Source: Isurus oxyrinchus (Eukaryota). Taken from it: a stretch of DNA of 64,000 nt. The stretch is taken from positions 620,001 through 684,000 of the forward strand of contig JANJGN010000151.1 in NCBI GenBank assembly GCA_026770705.1, in the 5' to 3' direction. Made by a program: the position numbers and the translations under genes. Under the pieces are notes generated by a model, which was not told the DNA's origin, did not search any database, and saw only the letters and a program-made list of their open reading frames with translations. The number at the start of each line of letters is the position of its first letter. Positions within the stretch are counted from its first letter, which is position 1. This document shows positions 40,012-51,213 of this stretch, one piece after another.

Positions 40012-40315
40012 AGTTTCGCACTGACACAGCTCACGCTGCCTCTGAGCTCACACCAGGCTGCCCATAATCAATGTTTCACACTGACACAGATCACGCTGCC
40101 TCTGGACTCACACCAGGCTGCCCATAATCAGTGTTTCACACTGACACAGCTCACGCTGCCTGTGAGCTCACGCCAGGCTGCCCATACTCTGTTTCACACT
40201 GACACAATTCATGCTGCCTCTGAGCTCACACCAAGCCGCCCAGACTCAGTGTTTCACACTGACACCAGCTCACACTGTCCCTGAGTTCACACTAGATGGC
40301 CCACTTTCAATATTT
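40012..40315. repeat. Minisatellite, 5 units of ~60 bp
   Basis: GTTTCACACTGACACAGCTCACGCTGCCTCTGAGCTCACACCAGGCTGCCCATAATCAGT repeated. Confidence 0.9.
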
Positions 40316-41013
40316 CTCATTGAATCACGCTGATGTATGGTGGTGCATACTGACAATTGCATGGTTCAATCATTCACGGGAATTCCCGCCAATCTGCAGC
40401 CCTCAAGTTAGTTACAAATTAGAACAGATATTGCCTCCTTACTAGTATAGATCTCCTAAATCTCATCTTCAACTAAGCATCCAAGGATTCTCGAGTTATT
40501 TTCCTCCCGCATTCTGGCTGAGCCTTTATTCCACACTGTGTTCAATCTCATTGTGACAACAGGAATGTCCAAACATCTCATTTTATAGTTTGAGCCCGTG
40601 TGCTTCCCCACATGGATTGCAATGTGACCTTTTCTTTCCATATTTACAACACACCAAGAATAAAAGAAACATTGGCAGAAAGTAACGTTTATATTTTTGC
40701 ATTTTTTTAGTCAATTTTCTTCAGTAAAGTTTCTGAACACTGTTGTGAGTCTGGAACTCGCCCCGACTCAGAACCCAACACGGTCCTCCACCGCCCTCTG
40801 GTGGTGGTGACATGGAACTACAAGGTAAGTCTTCACAGAGTTTGTTAGCCCTCCGGACTCAAGATTACGTTCAACAATTTCCGATTCTAAATTCTTCCCC
40901 AGTTGTTTTTTAAAGAAGTTTTTGGACAGTGGTGGTGCATCTGATTTTCACAATAAACCTCCTCCAGACCAAGAGACTGCCTTTGATCTTTCCTATTGGA
41001 ACATATTTTTGAG

Positions 41014-41302
41014 ATCTGAGCCATGAAGATTCTGTTATTCAGCCACTATCCGCAAGAGTTAAGACAAAAGTAGAAGAAGTGAGCTTAAAATGTACCAACG
41101 ATGCAACATGGGAAGGCAAATGGTACCAGCAATAAGCTGAAACACAGCCAATGCGTAGTTTTATATGCTACCCGAACGGTTCTGTAAAATAAAGCGGATT
41201 TTGCTAAAATGCACATATCAGAAGCGTGACAAAATTCATCACTTTAATCATCACTGGACTGTATCTAACTGACGCTCCAGTTTACTCCTGCTCCCTGAGA
41301 CT
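41014..41302 (+). pseudogene. TCR V pseudogene
   Basis: DLSHEDSVIQPLSARVKTKVEEVSLKCTNDATWEGKWYQQ*AETQP..KFITLIITGLYLTDAPVYSCSLR; heptamer relic CACTGGG. Confidence 0.8.
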
Positions 41303-41794
41303 CACTGGGTTGGAAAGAAGTTAAACACTCATACCGGTACACCGGTGTGTAGATTTGAAAATCCACTTCAAAAACTCAATTACGAGGCGACCGGATGTGA
41401 AGACCATCACAACATAACTATTCAGAAAATCTAGCTTGTTCCTATGTTCAATACTGATATCAGCTATGTTGGCTTTTCAGCAGAGCACATGACTCTGAGT
41501 CACCCAATTTCACTGAACGTCGTTTGAAAATATTTACACACGCTCGCCACCAGAAGGCAGTAGGGGCTGGGTTATATAAAAAGTGAAGTCAGGCAGCATC
41601 TGCGGAGAGATAAAAAAAGTGCGCTTCTAACAGAACTTTATCAGCACTTGAACTGAGATAATTGACAGAGACCCAAGTGCAGTAGCAACACTCGCTGGTT
41701 TGACTGTCCGAACGGGCTACAGATTGAGGACGGTTTTTTCCATGCTTTCGTGATATTGAACGCTGCTGGCCGAACCAGTATTACCTGCCCATCC

Positions 41795-41874
41795 CTATTC
41801 ACAGTTTAAAGTAACTGTGTCATCGGCAGCAGGGGTTTGTACAGGGGGATTCCAGGACACCAGGGAATTGGAAT
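41795..41874 (-). pseudogene. Truncated supporting-Vdelta exon (inverted paralog of the exon starting at 48263)
   Basis: Acceptor TCCTCCAG then DSNSLVSWNPPVQTPAADDTVTLNCE*, cut by a SINE-like sequence. Confidence 0.75.
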
Positions 41875-43050
41875 CTGGAGGATAAAAAAAAAATTATCTT
41901 TTCGTTTAGCCAGTGTTTGTCCGGGGGAATTTGCCAATCGCGTGAATAGCTCTGTTTGTGCAGTAATTTTCTTTGTTTGAAGCCGGTGCGAAACGTATTC
42001 ACGGTTATTAAATTAGGATCAAGTCAGGAATGAGGTGATATTTTCTTTTCCACAGCGAAATCTTCCAATCAGGGCTTCACTGCCTGATTGGAATAGATTC
42101 CATTGTGCCTTTCAAACTGATAATGGATCTGTGCTGGATATGGAGAAAATTCTTGGGTAGTGGGATTAATTGAATTATACTTTTAAAGATGCAGCACCTA
42201 CACGATGGGTCGAATATCAAACTTCCATGCTGGATAATTCTATGAATTATACTACATTCCCGTTTCTATTTTCCCTGTTGAGAGACAAACCAGATGCAAC
42301 ATTTTATGATCAGTGAGGCAATCAGTTTTTAAAAAAACATGTTTGTCGCAGAGGAACATATCTGCGCATTGCAAGGTCCAACAAAAATGGGCATCATTAG
42401 CACCGATTTTGCCAAACCGAGAGTTAACATCAGTGGTCAAATGTCAATCATTTACTGCGGTTTTAAACTGTCCGGGAGCTTCCATCTGTCCTTTTCTCTA
42501 TTTCTCTATGTTCTACCAATAGGCTCCAATTTTCTGCAGTTCAGTTCATTTGGAATATTCACAATGAATTTCATTTTATTTATATTATTTCATGTTTCCT
42601 TTATTTCACATTTACGTTCTGCTGTTTGCGGTTCTTCCAATGGTGGTAACTTGCCCCAAACTCACTCAGTTGTCGGTTGGTTTCAGTCTGTTCAGTTTCC
42701 GCAGTGGTTTTACTGTTACTCACTGGGAACTGCCTCTTTCGGCTCTCTGACAATTTCGATTCTTTCCGCACATTGACTGATTATTTCCCGGGATCTCTGG
42801 GCGGAGTTTTCTCTCAATTTTACATTACAGAGGAAGAATAATGAAAAAGAAGAATGGGCCATTCGGCCTGTGGATATAATCCATTACAATTTGACCCCGC
42901 CCGAAATCTAACTGATTATTTCCATCCAGCTCCCTATGTTGGTCTGTTCCGTTCTCCGTCCTGTATTTTCAAGTGTTCCAATAAATACATCAATGCTATT
43001 TCCAACTATTCCCTGCCACAGCAGGTTCCTCATTCTGACTTGTCTTTGTG
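41795..43050 (-). repeat. Left arm of a ~1.3-kb inverted duplication (right arm ~47035-48345)
   Basis: Colinear reverse-complement matches, e.g. 42800-43050 vs 47035-47290 and 41800-41960 vs 48175-48340. Confidence 0.85.
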
Positions 43051-44045
43051 TACTCCCAAACTGGAAATCAAACATGACTGAAATAAAACACCTTTTTACA
43101 TATAACGCACCGCAGGGCTGGTGCAGGAAGCATTTGGTTAAATGACAGGGAGAGTTTGCATTCATTCACGTGTGCTCTGCGCCTGGGCAGGTCCTTGGAC
43201 GATTTTCTGCAATTACTTCGCATTGAGCTGTTTTCTTGGCAGCTTTGTTTGTCGTTGTTTTTAATTGCCTTCCACTCGCAGGAGCAGGAAGGACTCAAGT
43301 CAACCTCAGCCAGAACGCGGACAGAAACCATGTTATTGGCATTATTCCAAACCAGACACTAGCCACCTAGCCAGCGGAGCTAACCAGCTGCTACTTAGCC
43401 TTGGTGTATGTTGTGTACGTCTGCCAGGATATTAGTAATGTAACTGCAGCTCATCATATTGTAACCTGAACTCCAGTCGCTGGGCCATGGAAGATACCGG
43501 ACCTGAGGCGCCGGCCTTCAGGTCAGACGTCTAACTGATGCCCCACCAGCCCATTCAGGGCGATGTTAAACAATGTCCAGAATATTAGAATAAGAGCGGT
43601 ACGTGGGGATTCACCTGGTGCCCTGGGCCCACATTTCACGTTTAACAAACACCACCCAATACAAACACATGCACCACCTCCCAGTTCATTACTGAGGGGA
43701 AAGGAAGGCGGCAGCACAACTGGCAGAAAGAAAAGCTCCCCTTCCCCACTCCTGTACACCAGAGTATTGTGGGAGGGGCTTTCACATCCGGATCACAATC
43801 CAAATGTGGAGTCAGAAAATTGCAGCCTCCTTTTATAAACCTGTCTCTTATTCACACAACACTTAGCCAGCGACCTGGGGACCGTCCAGCCCAACAATGA
43901 TCTCAGCGGAACCGCCCCGTGCAAATCAACTTCGATCCCCCTAAAGTATTTCAGTCTAGCTCTGAGGCCCGGTCTCCCAGTGCAGTCCAGGACTGCAGTC
44001 TCCAGCTCCCCGTCATATAAACCCTCAGCTCCAGACAGAAGAACG

Positions 44046-44525
44046 ATGGGAATCCTCCTTGTTTTCATGCTGTGTGTCTGTTTACCCCGTGAGTAGCGAT
44101 CAAACAAACTGACATTGTGTGGATTTAATATAAAGCTGCTCGAGTCCATCCCAACTACAGACACTGTCTGGGGTTTTAACCCCGCACTGTGGTTCTCTGA
44201 TGGTCCATTAAACTCTCTCTGTTTAATTTCCAGGCTTTTTCAGTCAGTCAGTGACACAGACCCCGGCAGCGGTGACCAGGAAGGAGTGTCGTCAGCCTCT
44301 CACCATCACCTGTGTTTTCTCCGGTGCTTCGCGGGATTATTTCCAAACGGGATATTTCTTCAGACAAACCCAGACCGGGACAGAGCGGGAGCGGATCTCC
44401 AGCGGGGGGAGATTTGTTGTGTCGGTGAATAAAGCACAAAAGACATTTTCGCTGGAAATTCAGGAATTGAGAGTTGAAGACACCGCCACCTATTACTGTA
44501 AAGCTTAGTACCGGTATTACAGATA
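44046..44525 (+). pseudogene. NAR-TCR V segment (IgNAR-like V; leader 44046-44088, V exon 44234-44525) with in-frame TAG at 44506-44508
   Basis: MGILLVFMLCVCLP|RFFSQSVTQTPAAVTRKECRQPLTITCVFSGASRDYFQTGYFFRQTQTGTERERISSGGRFVVSVNKAQKTFSLEIQELRVEDTATYYCKA*YRYYR. It shows the NAR-type FR2/CDR2 deletion, YYCKA and an extra FR1 Cys. RSS CACAGTG-22-ACAAAAACT at 44526-44563. Confidence 0.92.
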
Positions 44526-44888
44526 CACAGTGATGGGTCTCAGCTTCCCGCGATACAAAAACTCTCACTGTAGATTATCACAGAAACAAATGAAAGAGCG
44601 GAGTTAATCTGCAGTTAAACCCCCACAGTTCCGCGTCACACTGTCTATTTTATAATGAGACTGGATTATTGCTGTTAACATCTTGAGTGTGTGTGGATGG
44701 TGATGTCTTTCCCGGGATTGGTGTCAGTGAATGGGGATTGGGAATGATTGATCCCAGTTAGAAACCCCTAACGCCAGATGTGATCCTGGTCTAACAGCTG
44801 GAACCGGGAACCGCTGCCCCCGCTGTTTATGATGTCCCCAAATCTTCGCAAGTACCCGAGGGATTTTATACTGACTTGTAACACTATG

Positions 44889-44907
44889 TGGATGGGGTAC
44901 GTGGAAT
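44889..44907 (+). other. NAR-TCR D segment TGGATGGGGTACGTGGAAT with 12/12 RSS
   Basis: 5' GGATTTTAT-12-CACTATG (44861-44888); 3' CACAGTG-12-ACAAATACC (44908-44935). Open in all three frames (WMGYVE / GWGTWN / DGVRG). Confidence 0.9.
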
Positions 44908-45280
44908 CACAGTGGGAGAGACCTTAACAAATACCTCTGTCCAATCACAATATAAATTCTCCGCGCCCGGATAGTGAATTGTCGGGTTGATTTTATTATC
45001 TCTGGAATCTGATTACAATTCATTGTAATTTCCATTATTCAGTTATTGTTCTTTGTTGTTCTGCTCGGTTGTTGTGAAGCTATTATCTCGTTCCCGGACC
45101 ATTTACTCTGAGCTCAGTGCCTTAAAAAGAAGAGTTTGAACCGACAGAGACTTTGAAAATTGTTTATTTATTTAAATCAGTTGAATAATTGGGCAGTTTC
45201 TACTGTCTGATGATGATTTCCCGGCAGGTTAAAGTGTCGGTGGTTGTTGTACCGGGGACACTGAGAGCGGAGTCACTGTG

Positions 45281-45327
45281 GAAATATTATGTGGATGGAT
45301 CCGGGACAGTGTTGACTGTTACAGCCG
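45281..45327 (+). CDS. NAR-TCR J segment
   Basis: RSS GGTTGTTGT-23-CACTGTG (45242-45280); encodes KYYVDGSGTVLTVTA then G|GTAAGT donor. Confidence 0.92.
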
Positions 45328-46239
45328 GTAAGTGACTCCATACTCCGCCGGGTTACAGCCTGTCTCGGGTAATGTTCACCGTCAGTTTATTATTGATATC
45401 AGTGGTGTTTGGGGGAGATGTTAGAGTTGACGGAATCTGGACCATTATTAGTTCAACGGGCACATCGGGGACACCATCAACACCACGGACTCTCACACTC
45501 TGAATCGCTTTTAATGAGCATGGATTGTCAACACTCAGGACTCCACACCCCGTATTAACTGTGACCGAGGCAGATCTATCTGTCCCTTAGAGCCCGGGAG
45601 CGAGGTCCCAGAACTCTCTCCTGGGCAGCAGATTGCAGTCTGAGCCGCACAATGTGAATGAGGTACCGGGTGAATAAACTCAATACAACTGCGGCCAGTT
45701 CGGATACCTGCAGCGGCTCGTTCCAGACCTGACCCGGAAGAAAAACGGGAGAGTGACACAAGGGGCCTCAGATATATGAGATGCTGATGTGGGTCCAGGT
45801 TGAATTCTATATTTGGACAATCAGTCACGAAAATTAGTGACATTGTCTGTGCCATTTCTTTCAATTGCCTTTATAGAACCAATCACTTTCCTCCTTTTCC
45901 GTCCTTAAAATGAAATGTGAAAGTTTGGAAATGCAGACACTTCTCTATATTGAATGTAGATGATTGAGATATGGGATTGCTGTAATTTATCTGTATCTCT
46001 GATTCCTGTGAATTGAAACAGCACAGTGCAGTGAGAAAGTGAGGATGATATATTAATCTTATAAAGGAGAAAAGGGACATAAGGAAACAATTATAAACAA
46101 GGAGAATGCTCATTTAGAACCAGCAAGAAAAAATAATCGAAAGGGAGAGAACGATTGGATGATTTCTGGGCGATTTTCAAAGTAAATTCCGACTCAGTGG
46201 TAGGTGAGGTTTATGGAGGGAAGGACTGAAATAGACTCC

Positions 46240-46790
46240 AGTCCGGAATGCTGTGTAAAGTTTTGGTCCCCTTACAGAAGGGAGATCAATCGTCATTGGA
46301 ATGAGTGCAACAAAGGTTCATCAGACTGATTCGTGAGATGAAGGGATTGCCCAATCGGATGAGATTTAGTCGTCTCGGCCTATATTTCCTAGAGTTTAGA
46401 AGAATGAGAGGTGATCTCATGAAAATATATAATATTCTGAAGGGACTTGATAGGGCAGATTCTGAGTCAGTGTCTCCCCAGACTGAGGAGTATATAAGTC
46501 GGGGTCACAGCTTCAGAATAAAGAGTCATCGATTAGAACTGAGAAGGAAAATAAATCTTCAATAGAACCACTGTTGTTAATCTGTGGCATTCTGTAACTC
46601 AGAGAGCGGTGGGTGTTCATAATCTGTATGCATTCTAGACAACATTCGATAGGTTTTCGGACACTAAAGGGATCAGGGATATGGGGAGAGTGCGGGAATG
46701 TGACGTTGCGGTTGTAAATCAGCCAGGATATTACTGAATGGCTGAGCAGGTTTGAAAGGTGATGTGGTGGCTTTTCTTCTATTGATTGGA
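46240..46790 (+). mobile_element. CR1-like LINE 3' fragment in the J to supporting-V intron
   Basis: QQRFIRLIREMKGL..RLGLYFLEFRRMRGDLMKIYNILKGLDR. Confidence 0.8.
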
Positions 46791-48262
46791 TTCTCTGCTT
46801 TTGTTTCTTACACTCCTGAGGGAAGAAACAATCATCAACAATCCACATCTCTCTGGGAAGATTGAACAGTCTGGGTCTCTTTTTTCTGGAATACAGAACC
46901 ACAAGGAGAATCCATATGAATCTTTCAATTTTGAACGGGTTTAAGTTGGACAAGTTGAGTCTAAAGCAATAGCTGTCAACACATGACAGTAGCTAACAGA
47001 ACAGATCAAACATTTAAGACAAATTAATTTAAACAAAGGCAGGTCAGAATGTGGAACTTGCTGCCTCAGGGAGAGGTTGGAGATAGTATTGATATATTTA
47101 TTGGATCACTTGAAAATAGAGGAGGGAGAATGGAACAGACCAACACAGGGAGCTGGATGTAAATGGTCAATTAGATTTCTGGTGGGGTCAAGCGGGAATT
47201 GATTATATGCACAGGCTGCGTGGTCCATTCCTCTTCCGCATTCTTCTTCCTCGATAATGTAAAATTGAGAGAAAACTCCGGCCAGAGAACCTGGGACAGA
47301 ATCAGTTAACTTGCGGAAAGAATTGAAATTGTCAGAGAGCCGGAAGAGGCAGTTCCCAGTGACTAACAGTAAAACCACTGCGGAAACTGAACAGACTAAA
47401 CCCAGCCGACAAGTGAGAGAGTTTGGGACAAGTTCCCACGGTTGCAAAAAAGGCAACAGCATATAATAAATGTGAAATAAAGGGAATGTGAAATTAAAGA
47501 AATAAAATGAAATTAATTGCACCTATTTGATATTAAGCTGAACTGGAGAAAATAAGACCCTATTGACAGAGCATAATGAAATAGAGCAAAAGGCAGATAG
47601 AAATTCCTGAGCAGTTATAAACCGCAGTAAGTGATTGACCTTCCACCACGAGAGATGCTCACTCTTGGTTTGACCCAATCGGTGCGGATGAACCCCATCA
47701 GTTTATGTTGGATTTTGCTATGCGCAGTGATGCCACACAGCTGTGTCCCTCTCTGACAAACATGGTTTTTTTGGAAACTGGTTGCCTCGCTGAACATAAA
47801 ATACTCCCTCGTGTTTGTTTCTCACCAAGGAAAATAGAAACAGGAATGTAATATAATTCATAGAATTATCCAGCACGGAAGGATGATATTCGGCCAATTG
47901 TGTTGGCGCTGACCCTTTAAAAGTGCAATACAAATGTTCCCACGGCCCATGAATTTACTCTAGAGCTCTATATTTGTATTTACATTTCCAATACAGACCC
48001 GTTATCCGTTTGAAAGTCACTATTGAATCTATCCCCTACACCAATTCAGGCAGTGCAGTCCTGATCGGAAGAACTCGCGACGTAAAATAAAACATCACCT
48101 CATCCCCCATTTAGTCATATTTTCATAACAGTGAACATGGTTCAAATAGGCTTCCAGCAAGTTAAATTACTGCAAAAAGCAGAGCTATTCGCGCGATTGA
48201 CAGATTCTCCTGGACAAACAGTGGCTGAACAAAAAGATAGTGTTCATTTTCTTATCCTACAG

Positions 48263-48562
48263 ATTTCAGTTCCATAATTTCCTGGATTTCGCCTCTACAA
48301 ATGTCTGCTGTCGGTGACACCGTTACTTTAAACTGTGAATATTCAGGGTTCTGCACAGTACACTGGTACCGTCAGTCCCCAGGACAGGCTGCTGAATATC
48401 TTCTTCAGAGACGCACTTCAGGAGAGGAGAATAAAGAAAACGCTGCCGGGGGGAGAATTTTTGCTTCTATCGATTCTACTGAGAAAATCAGCTGGTTAAC
48501 GATCTCCGAACTACAACTAAGCGACCCCGTTGTTTATTACTGTGAACTGAGTCGGTGCACAG
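48263..48562 (+). CDS. Leaderless supporting TCRdelta V of the NAR-TCR cassette
   Basis: Acceptor CCTACAG is in phase with the J donor. Exon reads DFSSIISWISPLQMSAVGDTVTLNCEYSGFCTVHWYRQSPGQAAEYLLQRRTSGEENKENAAGGRIFASIDSTEKISWLTISELQLSDPVVYYCELSRCT, with an extra CDR1 Cys (48352-48354). No leader seen upstream. Confidence 0.92.
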
Positions 48563-48786
48563 CACAGTGATATAGAACACGGAGGGAGCTGTACAAAACC
48601 TCAACATGGTGGGGATTAGAGATACTCAGTGATGCAGAGCACGGAGAGAGCTGTACAAAAACCATGAACATGTTGGAATTACAGACACACAGTGACACAG
48701 AGCACTGAGAGAGCTATACAAAAACCTGAACATGGTGGGATTACAGACACAGTGATACAAGGCACAGAAAGAGTTAAAATAATTGT
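48563..48786 (+). repeat. Tandem array of four 23-RSS units (~62-bp period)
   Basis: CACAGTG-23-ACAAAACCT (48563-48601); CTCAGTG-23-ACAAAAACC (48625-48663); CACAGTG-23-ACAAAAACC (48688-48726); CACAGTG-23-decayed nonamer (48748-48786). Confidence 0.92.
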
Positions 48787-49129
48787 CCATTTTCGGGTTT
48801 AAGTTGAAAGGAGCATACACACACACGTATACACACACACACAGACACACACACGCAAATGCACACACACACAGAAGGGGGTAGCGGGAGGCAATCACTC
48901 TACGAATGTATTTTCAATTCACCTTACAATTTTGTGTCACAGAATAAAATCGTTAAACACATCAAGTTCGCACGTTCTTTCTGGCTCTGCAGAGCCTTTA
49001 ATATTTTTATACTTCGAGCCGCCTACAGTACTCCCGCCAAAATAATTCATTCAATTATCCATTCTTCAACAAGCCATATGCACTTTTTGGGCATAAATGG
49101 TTGAAGCCTGACAGCCTGAGAAAGTGGTG

Positions 49130-49470
49130 CTAAAACATCCGAGATTATCAACATCATAACAGAGGCATAGAGTCTAAAAGCAAGGGAATACTACTGTTGC
49201 CTTGGAAAGCACTGGTTCCCCCTTAACTGGAACATTGTGTCCACATCCAGCAATCGCACTTTAGGAGGGATGTGAATGGTTTAGAAAGGGCGCAGATAAG
49301 TTTACCAGAATCATCCCAGGGATGCAGAACTTCAGTTAATTGGATAGATTGGGGAAACTGGGCTTGTTCTCCATGGAGAATGGAAAGTTCATGATAGATC
49401 TGATAGAGGTGCTCAAAATCATGTGGGCCTGGGTAGAGTAGATCAAAATAAACAGTTTCTATGGGTGGAA
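49130..49470 (+). mobile_element. CR1-like LINE fragment
   Basis: Decayed match to the RT C-terminal coding region at 52280-52570. Confidence 0.65.
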
Positions 49471-49747
49471 GGGTAGAGAAGAAGAACAGGAGGTTGGTTT
49501 TCTATTCTCTTCCTCGCTGAATGGGCCGTGGAAGGCAGTGGTTCCAACAATTCTGTGCGGCTGGGAAAGCTCCCTCTCTGTGGCACAGGGAGTGCAGGCG
49601 GCATTCTGCGAGAATTGTCCGTACATTCGCGGCTGTACAAACCACCACTTTTGTCCATTAAGACTGAATGTTAATATTGAAGTCACTTTTCGTATAAATC
49701 GAGCCTTTTTACCGGCATACACGTCAGATATGCACAGCCTGCTGTAT

Positions 49748-49779
<32 letters not shown>

Positions 49780-51143
49780 GGGCCGACTGTGTGTCACAGA
49801 AACCTGGCCTCCTGTTTTCAATGGCTTAGGGCAAAATATTGTCAGCAGGATAACAGCACGGTGATTGGCTCTTTCTTCCATTGATGCGGGGTCAGGAGGT
49901 CACATTCAGGCTCCGCCCAGCAATAAAACACCCAGATGGTCAATCGTGTAACTTTTGACCCCGAACTTGAAAGAGGGGTAAAACCGCAGTTCTTAAAGGG
50001 GTTCTGCACCGCTCGAGCTGTTTGGCTAAGTTTTAGTATTTAAGAGGGATGATTAGTGGTTGAAATATGGATCGGAAGAAAGTGATATTTTTTAATGCAT
50101 TGATTCAGTGGTTGAATATCAATTGTTTATTTTTAATAACTAAAAACGATTTCGTACAGTCAACACGTAATGTAGAAACAGTAGTTTTCGAGGAGTAGAT
50201 GCCATCAATTCAATGCAATGTTGTTGTAATAAACACAATCTGGATCTTGTTTATCGCTGTACCCTCTTAAAGCACAGCATATGGACTTGGGAATACAACA
50301 ATAATTAGGACCTGGTGAATGCTAACAGAGACAGAAGCCAGTATAATACCAAAGAGGAAGTGGAAAATAATGGGGACCCATTAAAACATTCACAGAGAAA
50401 AAGCCTAGCATCATAATCAAGGAGCCTAGGACTGGTACAAAAATATCCTAATATTTCCTTATGTGACTTAATCCCAATTTTGTTTTATTGTCCCCGTGTG
50501 AGGCGCTTTGCAACATTTGAAATATTTTAAGATTTTATAATACATGTTAAACGTGTGTAAATGCACGTTGTTATTGTGAGATTACACTTTGTGTTGTGTG
50601 GATACTCATTGGCTACTGCTGGCATAACTTGCATTGTGTGGATATAACTTGCATTGTGTGGGTATAAGTTGCAATTTCTGGGGACCTTATGTGTTGTGTG
50701 TGAGTCTAACCTCTATCATGTCAGTACATTCGGCAGCATTTGACTCTCACTGTCATTCTGATTCTTACCTGCTCTCATGTCTCTGATCTATTTTAGGCTT
50801 CGGCCTAATGGCTATCAACGTTTCTTTCAGTGTCTCCCATAAATGAACGTTCCACATGACTAAACGTACTTTAGGTCTGCGCAAGCACTAACAAGTTACA
50901 TTCAAAACTGCACTGGGCTGCATGAAGTACCAAGACTCGATAATCGTCTCCCAACATTCTACCACCTCCTAAAAATAACATGGACAATAATTGCTGAATC
51001 TATTTGTTCAAGTAACTGTAAATAATTATGGAAGCTAATTGTCTGTAGAATTCCAACAGTATAAATAAGGGTCTTTTTGAGCTTATCACAGAAAATCTCT
51101 GTCGTCAACTGTCACCGGCAGAGAACATCTCCTCTCATAGAAA

Positions 51144-51213
51144 ATGCACGGCCGAGTTTCTGATGTAGTTTATGCCACTTACTACCCAATTCTTGCTGCT
51201 ATTGGAGTTCCAG
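51144..51213 (+). pseudogene. Orphan first exon of a second GPR139-like GPCR
   Basis: MHGRVSDVVYATYYPILAAIGVP + G|GTAAGT, paralogous to 28258-28326; TATAAA at ~51060. No matching exon 2 seen in the window. Confidence 0.7.

Noticed and set aside
40012-40315. 60-bp tandem repeat as a CRISPR array or a second RSS array
   Set aside because: Units repeat along their full length with no unique spacers. CACACTG is present but no nonamer lies at 12 or 23 bp. It is an ordinary minisatellite in a eukaryotic context.
48602-48747. Linkers between the tandem RSSs as D segments
   Set aside because: They have only a 3' 23-RSS and no 5' RSS, so they cannot be joined to the upstream V as conventional D segments.
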